Shown here in pieces: positions 1 to 8,665 of a stretch of DNA of 64,000 nucleotides. The DNA lies in IMG/VR virus record IMGVR_UViG_3300011442_000009, positions 11,331 through 75,330 of that record, one strand, 5' to 3'. The notes below the pieces were generated by a model. It was given only the letters and a program-made list of their open reading frames with translations, searched no databases and was not told the origin of the DNA. The stretch comes from a virus. Taxonomy: Duplodnaviria; Caudoviricetes. Position numbers and translations under genes: made by a program. Numbering within the stretch: position 1 is the first letter of the stretch; every line of letters starts with the position of its first letter.

Positions 1-128
1 CCGCAGGTTGATTTCGGCTCTGGGCACGGCGGCGGTCGACGCGCCATACCCGGAGCTTTTGGCAGCCCTAACGGCCGCAGGCTGCGCCGATGGATGCGCA
101 AGTTCGTGGTTAAACCCATCCGGAGGTA

Positions 129-167
129 AAAATAGTTCTTGCAATCCATCCAGCTATCTGCGACTCT
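129..167 (+). promoter_or_regulatory. Putative early promoter: AAAATAGTTC-TTGCAA-N16-CGACTCT
   Basis: The 15-mer AAAATAGTTCTTGCA recurs exactly at 18034 and with 2 mismatches at 63472-63486 (-). An A-rich leader precedes the ATG at 217. Confidence 0.55.
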
Positions 168-216
168 TAGGGTAGCTAGTAATAGTAAACAATAACAAAT
201 AACAGTAGACAAAATT

Positions 217-492
217 ATGCACTCATTATCTGGAATCCGCGCCATGAACCGCAAAGCCGTTGCTCGTTATAACCGCGCCGAGCAGCCGGAGTCTGAAACC
301 TCCCGGCATTGCTCCTATCAGGGCAACCCCGAAGACGGGATCGTCCTTCACTCCGCCAAGCTGCGGAATACTGCGTTCATCATCGGCAAAAAGGCCAAGC
401 TGTTTCTGACCGAGTGGTTCGGGACCAACTCCGCCGACCGCCGGGACAAAATCGTGGAGAGCTATTTTCACACCTCTCCTTCTGCCTCCTAA
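217..492 (+). CDS. Small early protein (91 aa), paralog of an internal module of the 2622-aa virion protein
   Basis: Aligns end-to-end (about 36 identities over about 86 positions, by eye) with MHSPEGIKKMN...IIENHY at 24905-25168 (-). Confidence 0.85.
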   Translation: MHSLSGIRAMNRKAVARYNRAEQPESETSRHCSYQGNPEDGIVLHSAKLRNTAFIIGKKAKLFLTEWFGTNSADRRDKIVESYFHTSPSAS

Positions 493-563
493 CCGCCCCA
501 ACCTCGCCGCCCGCGTCCGGAGGGATACACCTCCGGCCGGGTGGCAACCAATTAAATAAATTT

Positions 564-1031
564 ATGTACGTTGTAAGAGCTATCCGAAACACGAAAACTC
601 ACATCACCCGCTACTGCGCAGTCGATCTCAGCCAAGGTTCCATCATTCCGTTCGTTTCCGTAGACTGGGCGGGCCGCATCACCGCGGAGCTCAACTCCGG
701 GAAAGAGGATTCCAAAGGCTACATGACTTGGGAAGTCGCCGACTGCTATTTCGCCAGTGACGGTTCCCCGCTCCGGCCGAAGACTCTGGACGATCCAGTG
801 CTCGCGCCGGTCAACGTGATGGGCCTCGACTACTCCGTGCCCAAACCCGTGGCGGACTACCTCGCCCACTTGAAGAACACTGTGTTCAACTTGGCACTGA
901 AGATTGACGAGCTACAGGAACAGCGCAAAGGCATCCACGCGACGGGGCGCTACTTTGTGAATGGCGAATCGGTCTCTGAAGCGGCATACCGCGCCACAAT
1001 CGAAAAGTTCTATAACGAAAAGAACGCATGA
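564..1031 (+). CDS. Hypothetical protein (155 aa)
   Basis: Start moved to the ATG at 564 after an AT-rich leader; ATGA overlap with the next gene. Confidence 0.65.
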   Translation: MYVVRAIRNTKTHITRYCAVDLSQGSIIPFVSVDWAGRITAELNSGKEDSKGYMTWEVADCYFASDGSPLRPKTLDDPVLAPVNVMGLDYSVPKPVADYLAHLKNTVFNLALKIDELQEQRKGIHATGRYFVNGESVSEAAYRATIEKFYNEKNA

Positions 1032-1369
1032 AAAAAATCCTAGTGTTGTTGGCGCTAGGGTTTGGGTTGCCTTTGCAGGCGGGGCTCCGGGATTCAGTCA
1101 CTCTAGAGTGGACCTTCGACGGGGCTGCTCCGGATACCTTCATAGTTCACACGAGCACTGACCCCGACCTGCCGCTGGCAGAGTGGCCGGTGCTTCTGGA
1201 GATCCCGGCCACCGAGGCCGGAAAGCTGGTGCTCGAGGTTACCATAAAAATGGTGCCGGGCTCCCACTTTTTCTACCTCACCGCAAAAAACTTTTGGGGT
1301 GAGTCGGACCCTTCTAATACCGTGAACACCCCGGCAGCACCGGGTCGCGGTTTCTTGCGCATACGGTAG
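1028..1369 (+). CDS. Exported fibronectin type III-like protein with signal peptide
   Basis: MKK plus hydrophobic signal and A-x-A-like cleavage region; FN3-like pattern SVTLEW...F/Y...W...FFYLTAKNFWGESDPSN. Confidence 0.75.
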   Translation: MKKILVLLALGFGLPLQAGLRDSVTLEWTFDGAAPDTFIVHTSTDPDLPLAEWPVLLEIPATEAGKLVLEVTIKMVPGSHFFYLTAKNFWGESDPSNTVNTPAAPGRGFLRIR

Positions 1370-1385
1370 CTGCCGACCGGAGTGT

Positions 1386-2861
1386 ATGCGCCCGGAGATT
1401 TTAGAAAAGCTTAGAGCCCACCAGAGAGCACCAGCAGAGCAGCTCCTCCAGATCCTAAAGTCTGGGGGAGTTGCTTTTGATCTCTCAGACACTGGCACTG
1501 GGAAAACTTTTGTGGGCGCGGCAATCGCTGCAGAGCTGCAGGTCCCGGCACTGGCGATTGTCCCAAAGATCGCAGAGACCGCGTGGCACGAAGCCGCCGC
1601 GCATTTCGGTGATAAGATCTCAGTGGTAGGCTGGGAGCTTCTGCGCACCGGTAACACTCTGTATGGACGCTGGGAGAACGGCCCGCCTCCTCCACGGGAT
1701 GAGAGAATGTTTTTCAAGTGCCCGAATTGCCTTTGCAAATTAGACCCGGCGAAAATGATTCCGTGTTCTGCGCACTGGGCCGGGATCCATTGCCTTGAGG
1801 TAAAGACGAATCCCCACAAGTACGGTAAATTCATTTTCAACCCGGCTATCCGCCTTTTAATTTTTGACGAGATCCACCGCGCCGCCGGAGACAGTTTAAA
1901 CGCGGACATGGTCATCGGCGCAAAACGATCCGGCATACCGACGCTCGGTCTTACCGCGACTTTGGCGCACTCTCCTCTGCACCTGAGGGCGACCGGCTAC
2001 CTCGCAGGGCTTCACCAGCTCGGCAATTTTGACCAGTGGTGCGGACAACGCGGTTGCCGAAGGGTGCCGATGCGCGGGGTCCAGTGGCTCGCACCGAAAG
2101 AGAAGCAGGACGAGATAATGCGAGCGATAGGCCGCTCTATCATCCCCTCGAAAGGCGTTCGCGTCCTTCGGTCGGAGATCCCGGACTTCCCGGGGCGCAG
2201 CATACAGGCGGAGCTCTTCGATCTCCCGAAGGAGGATACCGACGAGCTCAATGCACTCTACGAGATACTTTCTGTGCCGCTGGCTGACCTTGAGGCGCGC
2301 GCGGCCGCAGATGTGGACCCAGAGCTCGCCATAACCAAACGGCTGCGTGCAAGGCAACGTATAGAGCTCCTGAAGGTCGGCGTAGCGGAGGAGCTGGGGA
2401 CAGACTACCTCCAGAAGAACCACAGTGTCGTTTTCTTCGTCAATTTCCAGCAGACCGTGGATGAGCTCCTGCGCCGCTTCCCCGGGGCCGGGCTGATTAC
2501 CGGCCAGATTACCGGGAAAAGGCGTCAGGACGGCGTGGCGGCCTTCCAGAGCAACAGGAACCGCGCTTTAATCGTCAATAACCAAGCTGGAGGCATCGCC
2601 CTGAGCCTTCAGGACCTTCATGGAGACTTTCCCCGGGTCGGAATTGTCTTCCCGGCCGACTCTCCGGTCGTAATGGAACAGCTTTTCGGCCGTTTGGCGC
2701 GTTCCGGAGGAAAATCGGATGCACTTTATCGAATTATTTTCGCATCCCGGTCCGTCGAAGTGCCGATGCGCCGCTCCTTAGAGCTGTCCTACAACAACTT
2801 AGCGGCCCTGAAAATTCCTGAAGAAATATCTTGCAATCCTTTCGTCATTGAGGCAAAGTAG
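1386..2861 (+). CDS. Superfamily 2 (SNF2-like) helicase
   Basis: Walker A SDTGTGKT, DEIH box, LTAT motif III, C-terminal QLFGRLAR; Cys-rich insert CPNCLC. Confidence 0.85.
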   Translation: MRPEILEKLRAHQRAPAEQLLQILKSGGVAFDLSDTGTGKTFVGAAIAAELQVPALAIVPKIAETAWHEAAAHFGDKISVVGWELLRTGNTLYGRWENGPPPPRDERMFFKCPNCLCKLDPAKMIPCSAHWAGIHCLEVKTNPHKYGKFIFNPAIRLLIFDEIHRAAGDSLNADMVIGAKRSGIPTLGLTATLAHSPLHLRATGYLAGLHQLGNFDQWCGQRGCRRVPMRGVQWLAPKEKQDEIMRAIGRSIIPSKGVRVLRSEIPDFPGRSIQAELFDLPKEDTDELNALYEILSVPLADLEARAAADVDPELAITKRLRARQRIELLKVGVAEELGTDYLQKNHSVVFFVNFQQTVDELLRRFPGAGLITGQITGKRRQDGVAAFQSNRNRALIVNNQAGGIALSLQDLHGDFPRVGIVFPADSPVVMEQLFGRLARSGGKSDALYRIIFASRSVEVPMRRSLELSYNNLAALKIPEEISCNPFVIEAK

Positions 2862-2867
2862 GGGCAC

Positions 2868-3329
2868 GTGAAGAGCAGATTTAAAAAGGGCGACGAAGTA
2901 TACCGCGTGAGCTTCTGGTCTGAGGAAGCCGACGGCAAGTGCATCTTCTGGGCCGAGAAGGTCGTGCTCCAGAGCTGGGGCAAGCGGCAGGGGACGGCCG
3001 TAAACCACAAGGACGGAGAGCTCTGCCGCCATCGTTTTTACAATCACCCCGTGGAGCACTTCTTGCGGGTCCGGGGCGAGCGTCAGGTAGCCTTGCGCAT
3101 CGTCGCACCGGCGGTCTTCCGTAGCGCATTCATGGTGGAAGCTTTTGCTGCAGCAGTCGGCCCGATGGAATCCGCTTCTGCCATCGCCCGGAATATCTGG
3201 ATTGAGTCCGACTGGCTCGCTAATCATCAGCACCGCGCCAAACCCGCTATCGATATTGTCGAAAACGCCCGGCGCAAGCTGGCCGTCCTGCAGGCTGCGG
3301 TCCCCGCTTACGAAATTCGCTGGCGATGA
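2868..3329 (+). CDS. Hypothetical protein (153 aa)
   Basis: Tightly packed ORF with ATGA coupling to the next gene. Confidence 0.6.
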   Translation: MKSRFKKGDEVYRVSFWSEEADGKCIFWAEKVVLQSWGKRQGTAVNHKDGELCRHRFYNHPVEHFLRVRGERQVALRIVAPAVFRSAFMVEAFAAAVGPMESASAIARNIWIESDWLANHQHRAKPAIDIVENARRKLAVLQAAVPAYEIRWR

Positions 3330-3529
3330 AACTGGAAGAATTCAACAGCGAGCGCGAGGCCCGGGAGTATCTCGGATACCGGGGCTGGGTCCAGCAGCCG
3401 GGCACGCAGGTCTACACGAACGCCGACCTGTCCGGTCATCGTCGGGTAATTGTTCGGTGCGACGAGCGAATTTCACACAGTACTTTCGAGCACAGTATTT
3501 CATCAAAATGGGAGTTACACAGTCTATGA
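3326..3529 (+). CDS. Small hypothetical protein, EFxSxxxAxxxLxxxGW family
   Basis: ATGA overlaps on both sides; N-terminus resembles the ORF at 3726. Confidence 0.65.
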   Translation: MKLEEFNSEREAREYLGYRGWVQQPGTQVYTNADLSGHRRVIVRCDERISHSTFEHSISSKWELHSL

Positions 3530-3729
3530 GTATTCAATCAAGCAGAACCCGGGCCGCGATGCGCGAATTCCTCGAGCTTAACGCCGAAGAGCGCGCTCAG
3601 TTCGACGCCATGCGCGAGGAGCTAAACAACCTCGTTAAGCGCGGCAATTTTCTTCCGTGGAATCATCCGGACAAAGCGGATATTTACGCTGCCGGAGTCC
3701 GCCAATTTCAAGAGATCCACGACCTGTGA
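3526..3729 (+). CDS. Small hypothetical protein (67 aa)
   Basis: ATG at 3526 overlaps the upstream TGA; 3-prime part of track ORF 3145..3729. Confidence 0.6.
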   Translation: MSIQSSRTRAAMREFLELNAEERAQFDAMREELNNLVKRGNFLPWNHPDKADIYAAGVRQFQEIHDL

Positions 3730-3890
3730 AGACCTTTATGGAATTCGACAGTCGCGCAGCCGCCGAGACTCACCTTATCCGCCAAGGATGGAAGGTCAAA
3801 AAGGGCGACACGTGGGAGCACTGGAATCGCCCCAAGGAAACCCGCACCGTGAAAAAGGTTAAAGGCAACCTCTGGAAGTTCGTGCTATGA
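3726..3890 (+). CDS. Small hypothetical protein, EFxSxxxAxxxLxxxGW family
   Basis: GTGA overlap start; MKTFMEFDSRAAAETHLIRQGW versus MKLEEFNSEREAREYLGYRGW. Confidence 0.65.
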   Translation: MKTFMEFDSRAAAETHLIRQGWKVKKGDTWEHWNRPKETRTVKKVKGNLWKFVL

Positions 3891-3979
3891 AGGCCGCAGA
3901 TTATCTTCCCTACGCGCACCCAGACCGCGCTGCCCAACTTTCTCGAGGGTGCCCGCAGATTCCGAGAGGAGCATGACCT

Positions 3980-4636
3980 ATGAAGTCCTGTGCTAATTTA
4001 ACATGCTCAAATACTTGGGAAGTGACGTCCACGACGTCGCCCAAAAAACGCTTTTGCTCTCTCGCGTGCCGAAGGAAATCGGACTGGGCCGCTGAGCTCG
4101 CCAGTCGGGCAAAAGTTATCCGCTTTTGTGCTATCTGTGGAGACGAGTTTGTCCCCAAAGTTAACCAGCTCGTTTGCCGCTCTCCGCGGTGCGTTCATTT
4201 GAATTTCCACTTGGGGAGACTTGTGGTTTTTTATAAGCGTGCTCGCAGAACCAACGTCCAGAAATATGGCGTAAAAAGATGCATGCGCTGCCGTTGCCTT
4301 TTCAAAAGCCAGACCCCCAACCAAACGGTCTGTGCTCCCTGTTCCCATTTACGGGAAGTTAGAGCTTTGATGACATATCAATGCCAAGTGAAAAAGCAGG
4401 TCGAGAAGGGACAGAAACCGCTATCTCCGCACTCTTTCGTAAAATGCGAAGTATGTGCCGCGTCGGTGCCGTATCGAAATGTGCGATACTGTTCGCCGGA
4501 ATGCCGCTATTCTGCCGAGCTTTTGGCGCAAAACCGCACTCGCGCTGCCGCCGTTCAAGCGTCTAATTTATTTCGGGTCCTTGCGATCAGTTCAACATTA
4601 ACAAATACAAACACAAACATAAAAAATGAATGCTAA
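3980..4636 (+). CDS. Cys-rich protein with repeated CxxC...CSxxC zinc-binding units
   Basis: About eight Cys pairs (CANLTC/FCSLAC, CAIC/VCRSPRC, CMRC/VCAPC, CEVC/YCSPEC). Confidence 0.65.
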   Translation: MKSCANLTCSNTWEVTSTTSPKKRFCSLACRRKSDWAAELASRAKVIRFCAICGDEFVPKVNQLVCRSPRCVHLNFHLGRLVVFYKRARRTNVQKYGVKRCMRCRCLFKSQTPNQTVCAPCSHLREVRALMTYQCQVKKQVEKGQKPLSPHSFVKCEVCAASVPYRNVRYCSPECRYSAELLAQNRTRAAAVQASNLFRVLAISSTLTNTNTNIKNEC

Positions 4637-5246
4637 TACTGCGTTAGTGACGGTTCCGTCTCTTAAAGAATTCGGTGCCCGGTTTATAGCTGGGTTCAAC
4701 AAAGGAAAAGCGGGCTGGCAAGAGGCCGCGGAAACCGCCCGGGAGGCCCTTAAGGCCTACCCAGAATTCCCGGCGCATATCTCAGAGATTCTCCCCGAGG
4801 TGCCCGAAGAATTCGTCTATCGGTTCTGCGGTATCGGAGTCAAATACATGGCCGAGCTGTGCATTATGGAGTGCCCCGGAGCAAAGCGGCTCCGAAAACT
4901 CCCGTTGCAGATTCAAGAGCGGTGTATGGCCGACAGCGTAGAGGTGGCTATCCAAGACCGGGAAGGCCGGTGGACGTCGCTGTTTATCGCGGTCCAGAAC
5001 TTGACCAAAGCACAGGCCGAACAAGTTTTCGCCAAAGACCGAGTGCGCTCCCTTGCGGAGCAGCGTGCATGGTTGGAAGATCGGCGCGAGCAGAAACGCC
5101 AAGCTCAGAGCCAAACCGCGATTGCTCTAGCGAACACCGGGCTTCCGTATCGAGTGACGCGCACGCACTTTATTTTCGGAGAGCACTCGGTTACTTGGAA
5201 GGAAATCCTTCGGCTCGCTAAAGACGCGAAATCCCTCAAGGCGTGA
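4626..5246 (+). CDS. Hypothetical protein (206 aa)
   Basis: ORF preceded by an A/C-rich leader and coupled to its neighbours. Confidence 0.7.
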   Translation: MNANTALVTVPSLKEFGARFIAGFNKGKAGWQEAAETAREALKAYPEFPAHISEILPEVPEEFVYRFCGIGVKYMAELCIMECPGAKRLRKLPLQIQERCMADSVEVAIQDREGRWTSLFIAVQNLTKAQAEQVFAKDRVRSLAEQRAWLEDRREQKRQAQSQTAIALANTGLPYRVTRTHFIFGEHSVTWKEILRLAKDAKSLKA

Positions 5247-5260
5247 AAGGCTGCAACGCA

Positions 5261-5422
5261 ATGACGTGTCCGCGGTGCCATAGCACGCGCTCCCGGGTCC
5301 TCGATAAAAGGAATTCCTACGGAGGGATCCGGAGGCGGCGCTGGTGCTTCCAGTGCCACTTCCGGTTCACGACTGAAGAGAAGATTGTATTTCTTAATAA
5401 GACGAAACAGCCGACTGTATAG
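5261..5422 (+). CDS. Stand-alone NrdR-type N-terminal zinc ribbon protein (53 aa; not in ORF track)
   Basis: Translates as MTCPRCHSTRSRVLDKRNSYGGIRRRRWCFQCHFRFTTEE, matching the NrdR pattern CPxC...IRRRRxCxxCxxRFTTxE; alternative GTG start at 5243. Confidence 0.8.
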   Translation: MTCPRCHSTRSRVLDKRNSYGGIRRRRWCFQCHFRFTTEEKIVFLNKTKQPTV

Positions 5423-5427
5423 CCGCT

Positions 5428-5607
5428 ATGCCTGTCAAAATTAAAGCTCTGGGCCACGGTAAAGTGCAGGTCCGAACGCCCGGCGGAGTGAAATCTAAGT
5501 CGACGACTCCCGAGAAAGCGAAGAAGCAGAAGCGCCTTCTTAACGCAGTGGAGCACGGCTGGAAGCCGACAAACTCTCTCGAGAAAAGAGTGATGAAAAA
5601 GTACTGA
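5428..5607 (+). CDS. Small basic hypothetical protein (59 aa; not in ORF track)
   Basis: MPVKIKALGHGKVQVRTPGGVKSKSTTPEKAKKQKRLLNAVEHGWKP; clean ORF, with CGACTGT 9 nt upstream. Confidence 0.65.
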   Translation: MPVKIKALGHGKVQVRTPGGVKSKSTTPEKAKKQKRLLNAVEHGWKPTNSLEKRVMKKY

Positions 5608-5810
5608 AAATTTCGCCACGAATTTAGCTGCGTTCGTGGCGAGAAAGTGTTGCAGCCCCAAATTAAATCCTGATACAGTTAGAAAAATTATGAGTGAACA
5701 GATATATATCCCGCCTACCGAGAAGGTCATCAAACGCCTCTCAAAAACCAAAGAAACCAAGTGCATGAAAGCTTTTTATGTGGTCGCCAATTCCCGAAAC
5801 TCCAAGTGAT

Positions 5811-6053
5811 ATGCGAACGGCACACGGCAAAGCGATTCTCAAGGAACGTCTGGCAATCGGAGAACGGCTGGCCGCATGCCTCCAGCCCAAAATGACTCAG
5901 GAGGAAGTCGGTGAAATCCTCGGGGTCTCTGCTACCTACGTCTCCTACGTCGAACGGCTGGCGCTCTGGAAAATCGCTCACCGCATGCGCCAACTCGATT
6001 CAATCACCCACCCTCTTGACCGCATTCCCGAGCATGAATCAATCGCCACCTAA
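5811..6053 (+). CDS. Helix-turn-helix DNA-binding protein (sigma region 4-like)
   Basis: MTQEEVGEILGVSATYVSYVERLALWKI fits an HTH. Confidence 0.7.
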   Translation: MRTAHGKAILKERLAIGERLAACLQPKMTQEEVGEILGVSATYVSYVERLALWKIAHRMRQLDSITHPLDRIPEHESIAT

Positions 6054-7386
6054 TATTGTGCCGACGGATCTCGCCTCTCCCAGCACCCCGGAAAAAATTA
6101 AAAACACCCCGGCTGCTGAGACCGTGGCGGGAACGTCGGCGCTCCTCGCTACCGAGACCCGGGCACACCATCCCTACAGCCCCAGCACGCTGCAGTCGAT
6201 AGAGGCGTGCCCGCTGTTCCGGTCCCGCCAGAACGTGAAGGAGCATGAACGCACCACTGCCGGGACTCGCGCACACAACTCTGCCGATTCCGAGACTGAT
6301 GACGAGCGCCTGAGCGACGACGACGCCGCGGCCGTAGCAGAATGCTTGGACTACGTCGACAAACTGAAACAGAACTTTAGTCTCGAGGCGCAGCTCGCAC
6401 GCAAAAGACTTGAGATGGTTCCGTGCGAAGGCGGCGTCTCGGTCAAGTTTGCTCCTGCAGATTTCGAAGGAAAGGTGCGGGAGATCAACGAGCCCTACTT
6501 GCCGATTGATGACCTTATTTTCCCGGACGCCACCGCAACGACCGCAGGATACGCAGACAAGATTCTGATTTCGTATTGCGGAAAATACGCCCACGTCGTC
6601 GACTACAAGTTCGGCATGTGGCCGGTCACAGAGGCCGATAGCAATCTGCAGGGGCTCGCGTATGCCCTTGGCGTGTTCAAGGCGAACCCGAAGGTGGAGG
6701 AGATCATCATCCACTTCCTGCAGCCGCTCCTGCAGCACAAAACCGCGGCGCTAGTGAAGCGCTCAGATATTCCAAAGCACTATTTTCGAATCTGCGCAGT
6801 GGTCGCGCGCGCCCGGCTCGCCCGGGAGGCTCTAGAGAAGACCGGCTCGTGGGCCGCGGCCCAATGCTGGGCTCCGGTGTGCAGTTTTTGTGACCACCTC
6901 GGCAAGTGTGACAGGGCGCTCGAGGTTGCAATTCAAGTGGGCCAGAAATTCTACCCGCTCGGCATCCCGGCAGATCTTACGCCCTCGACGATCCACAACG
7001 ACCGGGACACCCAGCTCGCTTTGCGGCTGTCCATGGTTGTCGCTACGTGGGCGAAAGCTTTTCGCACGGTCATCACGAACCGCGTGGTCAACGGCGACGC
7101 AGAGATACCTGAGGGTTTTAGATTGATGTCCCAAGCGAAGCGCGAGCTGGTGGACCTGGCACTCTACCGGAAGGCCGCAATCAAAATCATCGGCGCAAAG
7201 GCGTTCGAGGAGACCTTGGAGACTACCTTCGGCGCAGTCGAAAAGTTGATTGCCGAGAAAGCTCCTCGTGGAATCAAGGAAAAGGTTGTCCTGCAGTTCC
7301 AAAAAGAAACTGAAGAAAGTGGTGCAGTTGCGCGCCAACTTCCGATAACCTTCCTCAAAGCGATACCGAAGAAAGACAAAGAATGA
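6034..7386 (+). CDS. PD-(D/E)xK exonuclease, Cas4/DUF2800-like
   Basis: SPS...ACP, GTRAH, GYAD, VVDYKFG, QxxxY, and CSFC...C cluster ligands; typical position upstream of SSB and PolA. Confidence 0.8.
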   Translation: MNQSPPNIVPTDLASPSTPEKIKNTPAAETVAGTSALLATETRAHHPYSPSTLQSIEACPLFRSRQNVKEHERTTAGTRAHNSADSETDDERLSDDDAAAVAECLDYVDKLKQNFSLEAQLARKRLEMVPCEGGVSVKFAPADFEGKVREINEPYLPIDDLIFPDATATTAGYADKILISYCGKYAHVVDYKFGMWPVTEADSNLQGLAYALGVFKANPKVEEIIIHFLQPLLQHKTAALVKRSDIPKHYFRICAVVARARLAREALEKTGSWAAAQCWAPVCSFCDHLGKCDRALEVAIQVGQKFYPLGIPADLTPSTIHNDRDTQLALRLSMVVATWAKAFRTVITNRVVNGDAEIPEGFRLMSQAKRELVDLALYRKAAIKIIGAKAFEETLETTFGAVEKLIAEKAPRGIKEKVVLQFQKETEESGAVARQLPITFLKAIPKKDKE

Positions 7387-7607
7387 ACGTGACACCAGAC
7401 ATGGTAGCAGCAGTGACGGAAAGGCTGAAGGAGATCAATTGCCCGGTGAGCCATTACGAAGATGCCTCATTTATTTTGGGCACTGGAAAAGTGCTCGTCG
7501 TTCTTGAAGTACCAAAGGGAAAATGGATGTGCATGATGGACCCAGAGAGGCCCGCAGATTCGGCTTTTCAGAGCATCACCAAGACGCTCGCAGATCATAA
7601 AATTTGA
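7383..7607 (+). CDS. Hypothetical protein (74 aa)
   Basis: ATGA coupling. Confidence 0.6.
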   Translation: MNVTPDMVAAVTERLKEINCPVSHYEDASFILGTGKVLVVLEVPKGKWMCMMDPERPADSAFQSITKTLADHKI

Positions 7608-7649
7608 CGACAACACCGCAAACAAAAACCGATAGTTAAATACACCAGT

Positions 7650-8642
7650 ATGGAAGTATCATTCAGCAAAGACAGTACTAATCCGGCCACGCCGGTAGTC
7701 GCGGCTACACCCGCTCCCGCAATCGAAGTCGCCGCAGTGGTGACTCCTGCCGCAACAGCCGCCGTGGCTGCTGCCGCTGCGGTTCCCACCACGCAAGTCA
7801 CCGAGCCGGTCACCACGCAAGTCACCCCTCAGGTCGCTCCTCAAGTCGCCCCTCAAGTCCCGGCGGTCACCGGTGCTGGCGCTGTTGCCACGCAGAACAA
7901 CGCGCTTCTCCTTGGAGACACGCTCCCCAACTTCTCGGAAATGATTCTTCCGAGAATCAACCTCGTGCAGTTCTCCGGCGTCCTCAAGGACTCCTTCGAG
8001 CCCGGCACGATCCTGTTCAACCAGCAGGTTCCTTTGCACATCCCGGCGAAGATTAACGAGAAGGATAAGACCCTTCTGCGCACGGCAACTCCTCCGGTGA
8101 CGATGACGTTCCTCGGTTGGAAGAACACCCGGTATGTCGAAAAGGTCCCGGGCGGCGGCAAGGGCCTTTTGGTTAACACCGAAGCCGCAGTCACGGCGAA
8201 TGGCGGAACACTCGACTACAACGAGTGGAAACTGAAACGCGACTCCGGCATGAAGCGCTTCGAGTATTACAAGGAGTGCATGGTGCTTATCGAGCGTCCC
8301 GAGCTCGTCGCCGATGACGACAGCGTTTTCACCTTCGAGCTCGAAGGGAAAAAGTTCACCATCGCCATGTGGGCGCTCAAGGGCTCCGCTTACACGAATC
8401 TTTACAAAAAGATTTTGGCTCCGGCACGGCGCATGGGTCCTCTGGCGAAGGCCGGGTTCCCCTCGTGGTCCTTCAGCCTCTCCTCCCGGGAGCAGATCAC
8501 CGAAGGCAATAAATACTTCATTCCGTTCGCGCTCCCGAAGGCGAAGACCAGCGCGGAAGTAATGGAATTCATCCGGGGAGTTATCACCGGCGCACCGACG
8601 GCGTCCACCGGCGCTGAGGAAAGCGCGGACACCGCGGAATAA
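7650..8642 (+). CDS. Putative single-stranded DNA-binding or recombination protein
   Basis: Lies between the exonuclease and PolA; acidic C-terminal tail (AEESADTAE); Ala/Thr/Pro/Val-rich repetitive N-terminus. Confidence 0.5.
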   Translation: MEVSFSKDSTNPATPVVAATPAPAIEVAAVVTPAATAAVAAAAAVPTTQVTEPVTTQVTPQVAPQVAPQVPAVTGAGAVATQNNALLLGDTLPNFSEMILPRINLVQFSGVLKDSFEPGTILFNQQVPLHIPAKINEKDKTLLRTATPPVTMTFLGWKNTRYVEKVPGGGKGLLVNTEAAVTANGGTLDYNEWKLKRDSGMKRFEYYKECMVLIERPELVADDDSVFTFELEGKKFTIAMWALKGSAYTNLYKKILAPARRMGPLAKAGFPSWSFSLSSREQITEGNKYFIPFALPKAKTSAEVMEFIRGVITGAPTASTGAEESADTAE

Positions 8643-8665
8643 GCTTCCTCCCTACCCAGTAGCAC

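Noticed and set aside
309-563. 5-prime extension of the 240-aa ORF in the track (likewise 5911, 3145, 59358, 51270)
   Set aside because: The extensions overlap upstream genes; downstream starts with ATGA coupling or AT-rich leaders fit better.
3748-3754. Additional CGACTGT matches (3748 on -, and 12849, 41774, 58161 on +)
   Set aside because: Inside genes and not followed by an appropriate gene start; about 8 chance hits are expected for a 7-mer on two strands.
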